From NCBI GenBank assembly GCA_045106895.1, contig JBGCFM010000025.1, forward strand, positions 1 to 64,000: a DNA stretch of 64,000 nt, given 5' to 3'. The notes under the pieces are model-generated. The model was not told the origin of the DNA and made no database searches. It worked only from the letters and a program-made list of their open reading frames with translations. Position 1 is the first letter of the stretch, and each line of letters begins with the position of its first letter. Shown in pieces: positions 17,213 to 26,954 of the stretch. Source of the stretch: Polyangiales bacterium (GTDB taxonomy: Bacteria; Myxococcota_A; Polyangia; Polyangiales; Houyiibacteriaceae). A program made the position numbers and the translations under genes.

Positions 17213-18040
17213 CTAGCGTGGAACGTCGCCCGCGACGGTGATTCGCTGCATTCGCCGGTGTCCAGGCCAATAATCATTGATGGGCCTGTGCTGGGTTGCC
17301 CGGTTGTCCCAGATGGCCAGAGAGAGGGGCTGCCAGCGAAAACGGCAGGTATGCTCCGGCAGCACGATGTGGTCACAGAGCATCTGCAAGAGCGCGTCGC
17401 TCTGAGCTTCTGCCAACCCAATAATACGAGTCGTGAAGAGTCGGTTCACGAAGAGCATCTTGGTTTGAGTGACGGGATGAGTCCGGATCACGGGGTGGCG
17501 ACGAGGTGGGTTATCGGCCACGGCGCGTTTCAGTCGTTCATCATTGGGACGTTCCGCGAGGCTGTGCCGAAAACCATGGGCAAACGAGTGCTCAGCCTCG
17601 AGCCCCTCGAGGGACTCGCGCAGTCGTTTGTTCAGTGTCTCGTAAGCCCGGCCCAGAGAGGCGAAGAGGGTGTCGCCGCCAAAAGGAGGGACGACCTGCG
17701 CGTGGAGTAGGGAGCCCAATGGAGGACGCTCCATGAACGTCATATCGGTGTGCCACGTGTCGATCTTCGGCGGGGCCTTCTCGTCCACCTCGAGGATCGA
17801 GAGCTCCGGGTAAGCGTCGATGGTCGGGTAGGCGGGGTGGGGCTGCGTGGGCCCAAAGACCTCGGCGAGGGCTCGGTGGTTTGCTGGCGTCAGCGCTTGG
17901 TCGCGAAAGAAGAGAACCTGGTGTTTCGCGAGACCTTGTCGCAAGGACGCCGCTGTCGTCGCTTCGATGTCTTTCGTCAGATCGACGCCGTGTACTTCGG
18001 CTCCGAGAGCGCCCGCTACTGGAAGAAACTCCATGCCCAC
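17213..18040 (-). CDS. tauD: TauD/TfdA-family Fe(II)/2-oxoglutarate dioxygenase (taurine dioxygenase-like)
   Basis: GAEVHGVDL, WHTDMTF (HxD), GGDTLF, HPVIRTHP and WDNRATQH. Alternative ATG at 18034. Confidence 0.9.
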   Translation of the reverse strand: MGMEFLPVAGALGAEVHGVDLTKDIEATTAASLRQGLAKHQVLFFRDQALTPANHRALAEVFGPTQPHPAYPTIDAYPELSILEVDEKAPPKIDTWHTDMTFMERPPLGSLLHAQVVPPFGGDTLFASLGRAYETLNKRLRESLEGLEAEHSFAHGFRHSLAERPNDERLKRAVADNPPRRHPVIRTHPVTQTKMLFVNRLFTTRIIGLAEAQSDALLQMLCDHIVLPEHTCRFRWQPLSLAIWDNRATQHRPINDYWPGHRRMQRITVAGDVPR

Positions 18041-18111
18041 AAGCTGACGTGTTCTGCCCGCGTTGGCCAGAGCGATTGTGATGGTGGGGCTAAACCCGGT
18101 AGCGTGCGCTC

Positions 18112-19383
18112 ATGACCCGTTTTCTTTTGTGTGCATTTCTGTTGGTTGGTTGTGACTGCGGACAGAAGACTGACGAGGAAATCCTCGCCGAACGCATCGA
18201 CACCAGCTCCGTGCATCTTTACGTCGCCGCCAAGGTTGCCCTGACAAAGACCGGCGACGACCCGCAGATCCTTGAGGCCCGCGAACGAATCACGACGCTC
18301 ATGGCGGCGTTCGTCGCCACGCAAAATGGCGAAGAGGGCAGCACCGAAGAGCTCGCCGAAGCCGCGGCGAATACGATGAGCGCCGCCGAGCTCTTGGCGT
18401 TGGCATCGGCGCTCTATGAGTTGCGCGCCACCGGCGCCGAGATCGTGCGCAGCGGCTCCGAGGATGACCTTGAACCTTTGCTTCCCGTCTTGCTCCTCGG
18501 CGCCGGCGAAGGCGACTCGCCTCTCGCTCAAAACATGAATATCTCGACGGACCACGCCGTGTTCTTCGCGGGTCTTTGGGTTCTCAAAGTGCACCCTCGC
18601 GCGCCGACCCCGGTCCCCCAAGAGATTCTCCTCTACGAAGCTTCGCGCATCGACACAGAAGAGCTCCTCATTCCCGGTCTCGCCGTGGGGATTCATGGCC
18701 TTCGCTCGTACACGTACGCCACGAACGAGCTGTGCGACCTTGCGAAGCGTGACGCGGACGCGCTCGAAGCGATCCGTGACGCGTCCATTGAAGACCTCTT
18801 CGTGGCCTTCGGCGGTCTCCCGATGAGCGAAGAAGAACAACGAAACGGAATCGCTGGGGCGCGCGCACTCGCCCACGGCGCGACGGCGTATTGCTTCTTT
18901 GGGCGCGATGAGCCGGATGAGGCGCGTGAAGAACTCGAGCACTTTGTCCAAGCGGCGGAGGATGCCGGGGCGTCGCCGGCAGACCTCGGCCTTATTCGTG
19001 CGTACCTCGCCTACAACTCGGACGACCTCGAAGAAGCACGGCGGCAGCTCAACCTCGCGAAGGAAGCGGATTGGCTCGAAGATGACTATCGCGCAGACAT
19101 TGACGAGCTCATCGAACACCTCGACCGCGAAGACACGGACGCCCTCGACGCGTTCTTCGACAAGGCCTTCTTCGCGCGCTTCGCCGCCGAGCTCGTTCTT
19201 CGCGAAGCGGAAGAAGCGGGTCTCTTCGACTCCCTCAAGGAGACACCCGCCTACCGCACCGTTCATGGGTTTCTCGCGGCGACGAACCAAGCGCTCGCCG
19301 GAGGAACAGAAGGCGCGCGCGAAGCGGCGGAGGGTGCCATGGACCGCGCCGGCGGTTTCCTCGACAAGCTACGAGGAAACTAG
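18112..19383 (+). CDS. Hypothetical alpha-helical (TPR-like) lipoprotein
   Basis: Lipobox LVGC, acidic helical sequence, -10 TAGCGT 6 nt before the ATG. Confidence 0.75.
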   Translation: MTRFLLCAFLLVGCDCGQKTDEEILAERIDTSSVHLYVAAKVALTKTGDDPQILEARERITTLMAAFVATQNGEEGSTEELAEAAANTMSAAELLALASALYELRATGAEIVRSGSEDDLEPLLPVLLLGAGEGDSPLAQNMNISTDHAVFFAGLWVLKVHPRAPTPVPQEILLYEASRIDTEELLIPGLAVGIHGLRSYTYATNELCDLAKRDADALEAIRDASIEDLFVAFGGLPMSEEEQRNGIAGARALAHGATAYCFFGRDEPDEAREELEHFVQAAEDAGASPADLGLIRAYLAYNSDDLEEARRQLNLAKEADWLEDDYRADIDELIEHLDREDTDALDAFFDKAFFARFAAELVLREAEEAGLFDSLKETPAYRTVHGFLAATNQALAGGTEGAREAAEGAMDRAGGFLDKLRGN

Positions 19384-19410
19384 AGCGCATCTCATTACGA
19401 CGTGCCTCGA

Positions 19411-21345
19411 CTAGCGATCGTCTTCGGCGAGGACGACCACGAAGTCGTCCGCCGTAAAGGTCTGGACCTCGGGCTTGGGCGGAATCAGCTGCACGCCGAA
19501 GTTTGTCTCGGGCGTTGAGTGCGCCGTTTGACGGAAACCCAGCGCGATCTCGCCGCGTGCCGACGCGGCGCTCATCAGGTCGGCGAAGGTCAGCTCACGC
19601 GGGAAATCTGAGAAGTAATAGGTGATGGGTTTCAGATAAACCTCGGCGCCGTCCGCGCTAAAGAGGTCCTCGTAGACGGCAAAGAGCCGGGCGTCTTCGC
19701 TGAGCTGGGCTGCGAGCATCGAGACCAGACGGTTGCTAATGATGAACTCGCTGACGCCTGTTTGTGTGACGAGGGTGCGGTTCTTCGAGTCGAGGATCTC
19801 GGCAATGAGCGTCGGCTGCTTGGGCTCATCCTTCACGAGTCGCTGCAGCTGCATGAGGATGAGCAAGGTCTCTGCGTCGGCCCACTCGGCTCCTCCCGCG
19901 GCGCCGGCTTCACTCAAGATCACGATGTTGTCGTAGTGCCCAGGCTCCAGCTTGCTCAACGCCGTCGCGTCGAAGGGGTCGCAGTTTCGAATGGTCACTT
20001 CGAGGTTGTCGGCTTCGTCGCCAAGGGCTGTGACGAGAGCATCGGATGGCAGATTGTCGTCGCGAAGGACGATGTCGATGGTGCTGCCGGTCTCTACGTA
20101 GTCGTCGTACTCGCTGACGATGGTGGGGAGCTTGTTGGTCCACCCAATGATGAGGTTTCGCTCCGTGCTGCGAGCTCGCTCGAGACCGGGCAGGGAGAAG
20201 GTGTTGTATTCCGCCACGGGGGCGCCTCGGAGTTCCAGCGTCGAGTCGTCAGTTGCTAAGACAAGCAGCTCGTCGCCGTCGAGGAGGCGTCGTTCGGGAT
20301 CTGGGTTGATGTGAAGCTTGTCTTCCGAGAGGACGCCCATCGGCACTCCGTCTGGCATCCGAAAAGAGATCTCACGAAACGTCGCGCCGCCCCAGTCTTC
20401 CTCAAAGAAGTACATCTCTGACCCGTCGAAGGAGAGCACTTCTTCGTAGACCACGGCGAGGGCTTCGCTGCGGGATGTTTGAACGAGGATCTTTGCCAGA
20501 AGCGCATCGGCGTCGATGCACACGACGTTCTCGGGGTCGATGGAGCGTGCGAGGTCCCGCCGCTGGGCGCCGAAGAGCTCCGCAACGACGGGCACCTCTT
20601 TTTCCGCCAAGACCTGGCGTACGGCCAGGACGGTTTTGATCACGCTGAGGTCACTTCGCTTGAGCTCACCTTCGCCATCGCCGATGGCAGCCTGCGCCAG
20701 AACGATGACGGAGCGCGCCGTCTCTGCCGAGACGACACCCAGGTTGACGGACGCGCTGGGCGAGCCTGAACGCGTGACGATTTTTGTGGTGAGGGTGTCC
20801 GGGAGATTGAGAGAAATGAAGTCATCCATTTCTTCTTTGTCGCGATCCGCGAGGATGACGACGGTGGCTTTCGCTTCGGACTCGTTGGCGAGCGTCAGCT
20901 CCCGAAGAATATCGGCGATTCGGTCGTTCCACCCGAGGATCAAGCTGTGCTCATCCTCGATGACCTTCGAGTGGCCCTTGCGCATGTTCTGGAGCCGCTG
21001 ATCGAGGGCGTTCGTCACCAACGCGATGAGGGCGGAGAAGAGGACGATGCCGACCATTCCCGCAAGTACCGCGAAGATCTTTACGAAAGGGGAGGAGTCG
21101 ACGTCCTGCGTCATCGAGCCTGGGTCGGTGATCTCAAGGAAAGTGATCCACGCCTGGCGCCAGAATCCGTGGCCCCGTTCTACATCGACGCCACCGAAGC
21201 CCTCGGTAAAGAGCGCACGCAGAAGTGTGATCACACCGAGCGAGACAAAGAAGACCACGGTGAGTGCGACGAACGACGAGCGCCCGCCCTTCGCCATGAA
21301 CGAGTCAAACCTGTAGCGCAGCTTCTCTGTGAGGGTGGCCTTCAT
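19411..21345 (-). CDS. CASTOR/POLLUX (DMI1)-like ion channel with two RCK domains
   Basis: LRYRFDSFMAKG, TM-pore (ITDPG)-TM, RKGHSKVIEDEHSLILGWN, RSGSP and ADGAEVYLKP. Confidence 0.9.
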   Translation of the reverse strand: MKATLTEKLRYRFDSFMAKGGRSSFVALTVVFFVSLGVITLLRALFTEGFGGVDVERGHGFWRQAWITFLEITDPGSMTQDVDSSPFVKIFAVLAGMVGIVLFSALIALVTNALDQRLQNMRKGHSKVIEDEHSLILGWNDRIADILRELTLANESEAKATVVILADRDKEEMDDFISLNLPDTLTTKIVTRSGSPSASVNLGVVSAETARSVIVLAQAAIGDGEGELKRSDLSVIKTVLAVRQVLAEKEVPVVAELFGAQRRDLARSIDPENVVCIDADALLAKILVQTSRSEALAVVYEEVLSFDGSEMYFFEEDWGGATFREISFRMPDGVPMGVLSEDKLHINPDPERRLLDGDELLVLATDDSTLELRGAPVAEYNTFSLPGLERARSTERNLIIGWTNKLPTIVSEYDDYVETGSTIDIVLRDDNLPSDALVTALGDEADNLEVTIRNCDPFDATALSKLEPGHYDNIVILSEAGAAGGAEWADAETLLILMQLQRLVKDEPKQPTLIAEILDSKNRTLVTQTGVSEFIISNRLVSMLAAQLSEDARLFAVYEDLFSADGAEVYLKPITYYFSDFPRELTFADLMSAASARGEIALGFRQTAHSTPETNFGVQLIPPKPEVQTFTADDFVVVLAEDDR

Positions 21346-21429
21346 CGTCCGGGTCCTTCGCGCGCTTTGTTGGAGCGCGCCCGGATACTACGCCATCAAT
21401 GCGCCGGAACTACCTCGAAAATGTTCTCC

Positions 21430-22917
21430 CTAGCGAATGGACCACTCTTCGAAGGAGTCGGCGTCCACGATGTCTAGGGTCTCTGGCCTCTCGTACTCGC
21501 AAGCGCAGAAAGGGAAGCGCAAGACCTGCCAGGTGACCTCTTCGGTCTCCGGAGACCACTGGGTCTCGAGCCCATACACGAAGAGCTCATCGTCCTCTTC
21601 GATGAGCACGCCGTCCACGCCGGAACGCGGGTGGCCTCCGTGAAGTTCGTGCAGCTCGACGGGCTCTCCCTGAGCGTCCAGTCGTCCGAGCACCCACGCG
21701 TGTGTCACGTAGTCGATCGCGAGAACCTCTCGCCCGGCTCCGTGTCTTTCAGGGACGAGCGCGCGGACCCAGCTCAGACGAACGTCTTGTCTTCCTCTCG
21801 TGAAGTTGTCGTCCACGCGCTCCATGCCTTCTTCGTTTACGACGATTGTTGCGTCGTCGCCGTTGGCGAGCACGAGCGCTTCACGGCGCTCGCTGCCGGG
21901 CACGGCGTAGCTCAGCGCATGTGGCGTGTCGGCAAAGAGGATTCCTCGCTGGGAGTCTTCCAGAGGCTCGAAGCGGTCTCTCGAGGTGCGGCGGAAGCGG
22001 ACGATGCGGTTTCCAACGACGAGGAGGTCACGGTCGGCGTCCTCGTCGATGTCGACGGGAAATACAAAGCGGATCTCTGTGATGTCTGTTCGCACTTCGC
22101 GGATCAGGCGCGGCATGCGAGCACCGCGATAGAACGCAAGGCGTCCCGGGATATCCCCATAGGGGCGTCCTCGCCCGCCCAAGACTATATCGAGCCCGCC
22201 GCGCTCATCGAGGTTCATCAGAGCGATGGAACTCACCATCATTCGCGGGCCAGCAAATCGACGAGGTCGGTCCAGGCGGCCGTCTGCCTTTCCGCGGAGA
22301 ATCACGGCTCCGCCTCCGCGTGAGCCCCCGCCAACGGTTCGGCGCCAGTAGGGAACGAGTAGATCTGCTCGGCCATCGCCACTCACATCACCGATGGCTA
22401 CGCGTGGTGTGCTCGGGACAAAGGCCGGCTCGGCTTGTTCGATACGAATCGTTGCGATGCGCCGAGGAGTGCCGCCTTCGATCTGAAGAATGTCGACACG
22501 GTCTCCTAAGCCCACCACGAGCTCCGGTGTTTCGTCGCCCACCAACTGCCCCGCCACAACGGAGGCGATATGCGGCCTGACTGCCGGCGACTCGAGCTTG
22601 AACGCGTTGACCAACTGGCGCGCGACGGGGTCCGGTGGGTCCTCCGAAAGCGGTGGCTCTGGCGTCTCCTCCGGCGCCGCGGTGTCGGGGGTGGGCGGCT
22701 CTGGCACCGGCTCCACTTCTGCTTCCACTTCTGCTTCCACTTCCACTTCTGGCGAGGCGGGCTCCTGCTCAGGCCGTGTCGAAGCCGCTTCGCCTGCGTC
22801 GGGTAGCCAGCCGGGGAGCGGGGGCAGCACATCGGAGCTCCAGGCGACAAGTGCGAGCACAGTCCACAGGCCTCCGACAAGCGTAAGCGTGACCAAGAAC
22901 TGCCGCAAACGTCGCAC
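21430..22917 (-). CDS. Membrane-anchored FG-GAP/VCBS repeat protein
   Basis: N-terminal TM, Pro/Glu linker, repeats GDVSGDGRADLL, NLDERGGLDIV and DIDEDADRDLL. Confidence 0.8.
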   Translation of the reverse strand: MRRLRQFLVTLTLVGGLWTVLALVAWSSDVLPPLPGWLPDAGEAASTRPEQEPASPEVEVEAEVEAEVEPVPEPPTPDTAAPEETPEPPLSEDPPDPVARQLVNAFKLESPAVRPHIASVVAGQLVGDETPELVVGLGDRVDILQIEGGTPRRIATIRIEQAEPAFVPSTPRVAIGDVSGDGRADLLVPYWRRTVGGGSRGGGAVILRGKADGRLDRPRRFAGPRMMVSSIALMNLDERGGLDIVLGGRGRPYGDIPGRLAFYRGARMPRLIREVRTDITEIRFVFPVDIDEDADRDLLVVGNRIVRFRRTSRDRFEPLEDSQRGILFADTPHALSYAVPGSERREALVLANGDDATIVVNEEGMERVDDNFTRGRQDVRLSWVRALVPERHGAGREVLAIDYVTHAWVLGRLDAQGEPVELHELHGGHPRSGVDGVLIEEDDELFVYGLETQWSPETEEVTWQVLRFPFCACEYERPETLDIVDADSFEEWSIR

Positions 22918-22975
22918 GTACCTCGTTTATCGCGTTCGCCGGTGCCCGGCTAGTGCATCGCAGAGTCGTCGGCTC

Positions 22976-23305
22976 CTAGGCGTCTTTGACGAGCGCGGAT
23001 TCGATGCGCGGGTTCGCCGCGCGATAGCCTCGGGCAGCGGCGCGTCCTCTCGAGGCGTTCTTGCGACCCAGCTCGATCTCGCGCATCTCCGCGCGGGCCT
23101 CGAGGATCAGGTTGGCGTCCTCCTGGAGCAGCCGCTGGAGGCGAGTACGCATTTCCTTGCGCTGGGCCTCCGTCAAGGCTGCGGTGTCGAAGCTCGCGAG
23201 GGCGCTGAGGTGCTTGGCTCGCTCTGCGAGTCCCGCCTCCGCGAGGGTGGAGTCCTGAAGGTCGACGGACTCGAGGCGCGAGAGGATGCGAAACGCTTCG
23301 TTCAC
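22976..23305 (-). CDS. fliT: FliT-like flagellar chaperone
   Basis: 109-aa helical protein overlapping the fliS stop, with late ARGY motif. Assigned mostly by synteny with fliD-fliS. Confidence 0.6.
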   Translation of the reverse strand: MNEAFRILSRLESVDLQDSTLAEAGLAERAKHLSALASFDTAALTEAQRKEMRTRLQRLLQEDANLILEARAEMREIELGRKNASRGRAAARGYRAANPRIESALVKDA

Positions 23306-23682
23306 GCGGCTCCTCTTTTCTGCGCGGCGAGCTCACTCCAAGCGCTGCGGAGCTCGACGAGGATCTTTATGGCGTCGTCGATAGGTTTGGTTTCACGCCG
23401 GACGTTGGCGGCTGTGATCTGTTCCAGAACAAAGTCGTAGAGCGAATGAAGCTGAGCGCAGAGTTCGGGCGCCTGGCTGTCGTCAAGGGTGGCCTGAAGC
23501 TCAGACACGATGGCATAGGCTTTCGAAAGCGCGATACCGCGCGCCGCTGGATTCGCCGCGTTCATGGCCTTGGCGCCCGCATGCAGGTACCGAAGAGCGC
23601 CATCGTAGAGCTGCAACAGAACTTGGAGCGGCGAGACCGTCGTCGTTCGGGTGCTGCGGTACTTGTTGAGAGCGAAGGACAT
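23302..23682 (-). CDS. fliS: Flagellin export chaperone
   Basis: Y...TVSPLQVLLQLYDGAL, KAYAIVSELQATLD, LHSLYDF and LRSAW. Confidence 0.97.
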   Translation of the reverse strand: MSFALNKYRSTRTTTVSPLQVLLQLYDGALRYLHAGAKAMNAANPAARGIALSKAYAIVSELQATLDDSQAPELCAQLHSLYDFVLEQITAANVRRETKPIDDAIKILVELRSAWSELAAQKRGAA

Positions 23683-23702
23683 TCGGAGGGGTTCCTTGGG
23701 CG

Positions 23703-25031
23703 CTAGATGGAGCCGAGCACGGCGAGCATCTGCTCCCCTTGCGAGTTGAGTCCTGCGACGAGAGTCTCCAGGGATGCGAATTTGCGAAGCAGGTTTTCTT
23801 CGAACTTGTCGACGCGCAGTTCCATCGATTCGATGCGCTGGTCGATGCTTCGATTCTGCGAGGCAAAGCTATCGATTCGGTTGCTGATCAGCCCCGTGCT
23901 CTTGTCGGCGTACTGATCGGTGAGGTCGCTTAGTCGTTCGAAGAGGCCCTGACTGACGCCGTCTCCAGCGAAGGCTTCGAGGAGCAGGTCTCCATTCTCG
24001 GTTAGGGCGGACCCGAAAGCCTCGACGTCCAACTCGAGCTTTCCCGCCTGGTTCGTTTCAAGTCCGATTTGGCTGATGGTGTCGAAGCCGGGCAGAGAAC
24101 CAAAGAGCGAGGAGTTCAAGGAACGCTGCAAACCACGCAATGTGGAGTCGCCGGCGAGGCTATCTCCCGTTCGCGCTTCGCCGGTGAATACCGACTCTAC
24201 AGCGATGCCGTTGACCACCGCGTTGTAGGCGTCCACGAAGGTCTGCATTTTCTCGCCGAGGGCGTCCGAGTCCGATCCGACGTTGACCGTCACAGGGCTC
24301 GTCGTGACCGAGTCAAGGGAGAGTTGCACGCCCGTGATGGCTTCACTTACCTGATTTGACTCCCGAGACATGGCGAGGCCATCGATGCTGAAGAGCGCAT
24401 CGGCAGCTGAAACGGTTTCGTTTGCGGGGTCCGTGAGGCCCAGGTCGAGGCCGGTTTCGGTGAACGAAAGTGAGTTCGAGAGACCCGTGTCGGTGCCGCT
24501 TACCTGAAGTCGATAGGCGCTTCCGTCGAAGATGACGCTCGCCGTTGCTCGAAGATCGCTGTCGTTGATTCGTTGTGCGACGCTCTCAAGGGTGTCGGTG
24601 GAGTTTACCGAGATCGAGACCTCGTCGTCTCCGCCTACGGTGATTCCAATCGAAGCGCCATCCGCGAAGAGCCCCGGGACGTCCTTGCTCGCGACGCCGT
24701 CGCTGTGCGTTCGTTCGGCGGCGGCGAGCTGAGTCACCTCAATGACGTACGCGCCTGCCTGCGCGTCGCCTTGCGACGTGGCGCCCACGATGGACTCCGC
24801 GGACGATGAGACCGTCGCCGGCGCGCTGTCGTCGGTAATCGCCTCCATCGCGGCCTTGAGGTCATTGAGGCGCTCCTGAATCGTCTCAAAGCGAGAGGAC
24901 ATCGAATCATGATTCGCCTGCTTGGTGCGGAGGCGGGCGATGGGAATCGACTCAGCACGCACCAGCTCCGTAACGATCGAGCCAGTATCGATTCCTGTCG
25001 CGAGTCCGGAGAATGAGGTGATGCTGTTCAT
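23703..25031 (-). CDS. fliD: Flagellar filament cap (HAP2)
   Basis: FSGLATGIDTGSIV..LV.AE, Y.IEVTQLA, FVDAYN, GDSTLRGL and C-terminal KFASLE...LNSQ. Confidence 0.96.
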   Translation of the reverse strand: MNSITSFSGLATGIDTGSIVTELVRAESIPIARLRTKQANHDSMSSRFETIQERLNDLKAAMEAITDDSAPATVSSSAESIVGATSQGDAQAGAYVIEVTQLAAAERTHSDGVASKDVPGLFADGASIGITVGGDDEVSISVNSTDTLESVAQRINDSDLRATASVIFDGSAYRLQVSGTDTGLSNSLSFTETGLDLGLTDPANETVSAADALFSIDGLAMSRESNQVSEAITGVQLSLDSVTTSPVTVNVGSDSDALGEKMQTFVDAYNAVVNGIAVESVFTGEARTGDSLAGDSTLRGLQRSLNSSLFGSLPGFDTISQIGLETNQAGKLELDVEAFGSALTENGDLLLEAFAGDGVSQGLFERLSDLTDQYADKSTGLISNRIDSFASQNRSIDQRIESMELRVDKFEENLLRKFASLETLVAGLNSQGEQMLAVLGSI

Positions 25032-25067
25032 GGTGGCTTTGTGGGGAAGGGGGCTTGTCTTCTCAAC

Positions 25068-25099
25068 GGCGGGAAGGGACGATATTCAACCCCTCCCGC
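25068..25099 (-). terminator. Hairpin between flagellin and fliD (partial terminator or stabiliser)
   Basis: Minus strand gcgggagggg...cccttcccgc stem with no clear U tract. Confidence 0.5.
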
Positions 25100-25112
25100 T
25101 CGATGCGGCGAA

Positions 25113-25955
25113 CTAGCCGAGAAGACTCAACGCTACCGATGGAAGCTGGTTGGCCTGTCCGAGGACGGTGACGCCTGCCTGCATCAGGATGTTCTGGCGT
25201 GTAAGCGCCGCTGTCTCCTCGGCGACGTCGGTGTCGCGAATGCGTGAGTTGGCTGCGCCCAGATTTTCGCGAGCGGACTGCAGATTGGAGATGGTCACCT
25301 GGAGTCGGTTTTCCGATGCGCCGATGTTGGCACGTTCTGTTGAGATGTCCTCGATGGATACGTCGATGATGCCGAGGGCGGCCTGAGCGCCAGCAGCGGT
25401 CGTTAGGTCGATGGTGCCAATGGCTGCTCCGCCGCCGCTCGTTCCCAGCGTCGCAGTATCCATGGCTGGAATGGTGACCGAAAGACGGTCCGCCGCAGTG
25501 TTGTTGATGCCAATTTGAAGGTCGATGGCTGCCAACGATCCATCCAACAGGGGAGTGCCATTGAACTCTGTCACCGCAGCGATACGGTCGATTTCCGTTC
25601 GAAGAGCGGCCGCCTCCTGTTCGATGTAGCCGCGCTGGGTTGCACCGACGGTGTCCGTCGCCGACTGCATGGCCAACTCGCGAAGTCGAGACATGATAGA
25701 ACTCATCTCGTTCATCGAGTTTTCCGCGGTCTGCAAGAGGCTGATGCCGTCGTTGGCGTTGCGTTCGGCCTGTCCGAGGGAGCGAATCTGCGACTTGAGA
25801 GATTCGCTGATGGCGAGACCCGCGGCGTCGTCGCCGGCTCGGTTGATTCGAAGGCCGCTTGAAAGACGTGACATTGCCTTGTCGAGTCCGAGCTTCGTCT
25901 GGGAAAGGTTGCGCTGCGCGTTGAGCGACGATGTGTTCGTCATGATGCTGATCAT
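25113..25955 (-). CDS. fliC: Flagellin A (280 aa)
   Basis: TNTSSLNAQRNL, RLSSGLRINRAGDDAAGLAISE, RIRDTDVAEE and QANQLP. SD GGAGGAG before ATG 25955. Confidence 0.98.
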   Translation of the reverse strand: MISIMTNTSSLNAQRNLSQTKLGLDKAMSRLSSGLRINRAGDDAAGLAISESLKSQIRSLGQAERNANDGISLLQTAENSMNEMSSIMSRLRELAMQSATDTVGATQRGYIEQEAAALRTEIDRIAAVTEFNGTPLLDGSLAAIDLQIGINNTAADRLSVTIPAMDTATLGTSGGGAAIGTIDLTTAAGAQAALGIIDVSIEDISTERANIGASENRLQVTISNLQSARENLGAANSRIRDTDVAEETAALTRQNILMQAGVTVLGQANQLPSVALSLLG

Positions 25956-25960
25956 TGGAT

Positions 25961-25996
25961 TCTCCTCCGTGAGATAGTTGCGTCGCCGTCCTAGCG
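25961..25996 (-). promoter_or_regulatory. Two CsrA/RsmA-type GGA hairpins in the flagellin A leader
   Basis: cgct-AGGAC-ggcg, and tctc-ACGGAG-gaga overlapping the SD. Confidence 0.7.
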
Positions 25997-26013
25997 TTCC
26001 GAGTGTGTGAAAG

Positions 26014-26041
26014 ACTTCGAACGAAGTGCGCGTCGCCTTTA
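26014..26041 (-). promoter_or_regulatory. Sigma28 (FliA) promoter for flagellin A-fliD-fliS-fliT
   Basis: TAAA(GG)-N16-TTCGAAGT on the minus strand. Confidence 0.65.
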
Positions 26042-26097
26042 GACAAAATTTTGACGCCCTAGGAATAGGCCATGACACCGCCGGCGTTGGGCACCTC

Positions 26098-26928
26098 ATG
26101 CGCAACTCAATCCTCTTCGGTGCAGGACTCCTTCTGCTCGCGTTGCTATTTCCGATGGAGGGCGCAGGAGCCCAGCAAAACCCCGGGGTCGTCGTTCAAC
26201 GTCTCCAAGCAAGCGCGCCGCGCCCACTGCCTTTTGGCGATGGCATCATCACGTTGGTGCGCGTCGATATGAGTCGCTACCGACTGCGCTTTTTGACGGA
26301 GGCACGACATGGCGATCGTCGCACAGCGGAACAATGGATGCGTGACGAAGGCCTTCAGGGAGTCACGAACGCCGGTATGTTCTTGCCGAACGGCCGGAGC
26401 GTCGGTCACATGATCCAAGACGGTGAGGTCGCGAGCAGACGCGTTGTTTCACGCTATCGAGGGCTCCTTGGCTTCGCACCACGCCGCGAAGGCATGCCCT
26501 ACATGGGCGTCGGCGGCGCTCCACGGGGGCGGGGCGGCTGCCCGCACACCATCGCGTCGTTTGCCGCGGACTACACAAACGTGCTCCAGGCCTATCCTCT
26601 CCTCGACTGCCGCGGCCGTGCCGTGTCCTGGCGCAACAACATGCGATACAGCGCCGCGGGTCTTGGTGTGGATTCCGAAGACCGCGCGGTCTTCATGCAC
26701 TCGCGCACTCCTTATCGGATGGAGGTGCTCAGCCGAATGCTCAGCGCACCAGAGCTCGGTCTCCGCGGGATGATCTACTTGGAAGGCGGTCCGGAAGCGA
26801 CCCTTCTTGTTCGCGCGGAAGGGCACAGCGTCCGCGCCGTTGGAAGCTATGAAGACGGCTTCAACGAGAACGATGACAACCAAGGCATGTGGGATCTACC
26901 GAACGTCATCGCGTTTCAGCGCCGATGA
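26098..26928 (+). CDS. Phosphodiester glycosidase (NAGPA/DUF2233) family exported protein
   Basis: Signal peptide, LVRVD, TNAGMF, LQAYP, AAGLG and MIYLEGG. Start moved to ATG 26098. Confidence 0.8.
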   Translation: MRNSILFGAGLLLLALLFPMEGAGAQQNPGVVVQRLQASAPRPLPFGDGIITLVRVDMSRYRLRFLTEARHGDRRTAEQWMRDEGLQGVTNAGMFLPNGRSVGHMIQDGEVASRRVVSRYRGLLGFAPRREGMPYMGVGGAPRGRGGCPHTIASFAADYTNVLQAYPLLDCRGRAVSWRNNMRYSAAGLGVDSEDRAVFMHSRTPYRMEVLSRMLSAPELGLRGMIYLEGGPEATLLVRAEGHSVRAVGSYEDGFNENDDNQGMWDLPNVIAFQRR

Positions 26929-26954
26929 GCCTGGCTGCTCCGATTGGATTCGAT

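Noticed and set aside
16792..17241. Short ORFs and a GGCAC motif near 17010-17025 in the intergenic region
   Set aside because: The ORFs have weak codon bias and no motifs, and the GG-to-GC spacing is off by one for sigma54.
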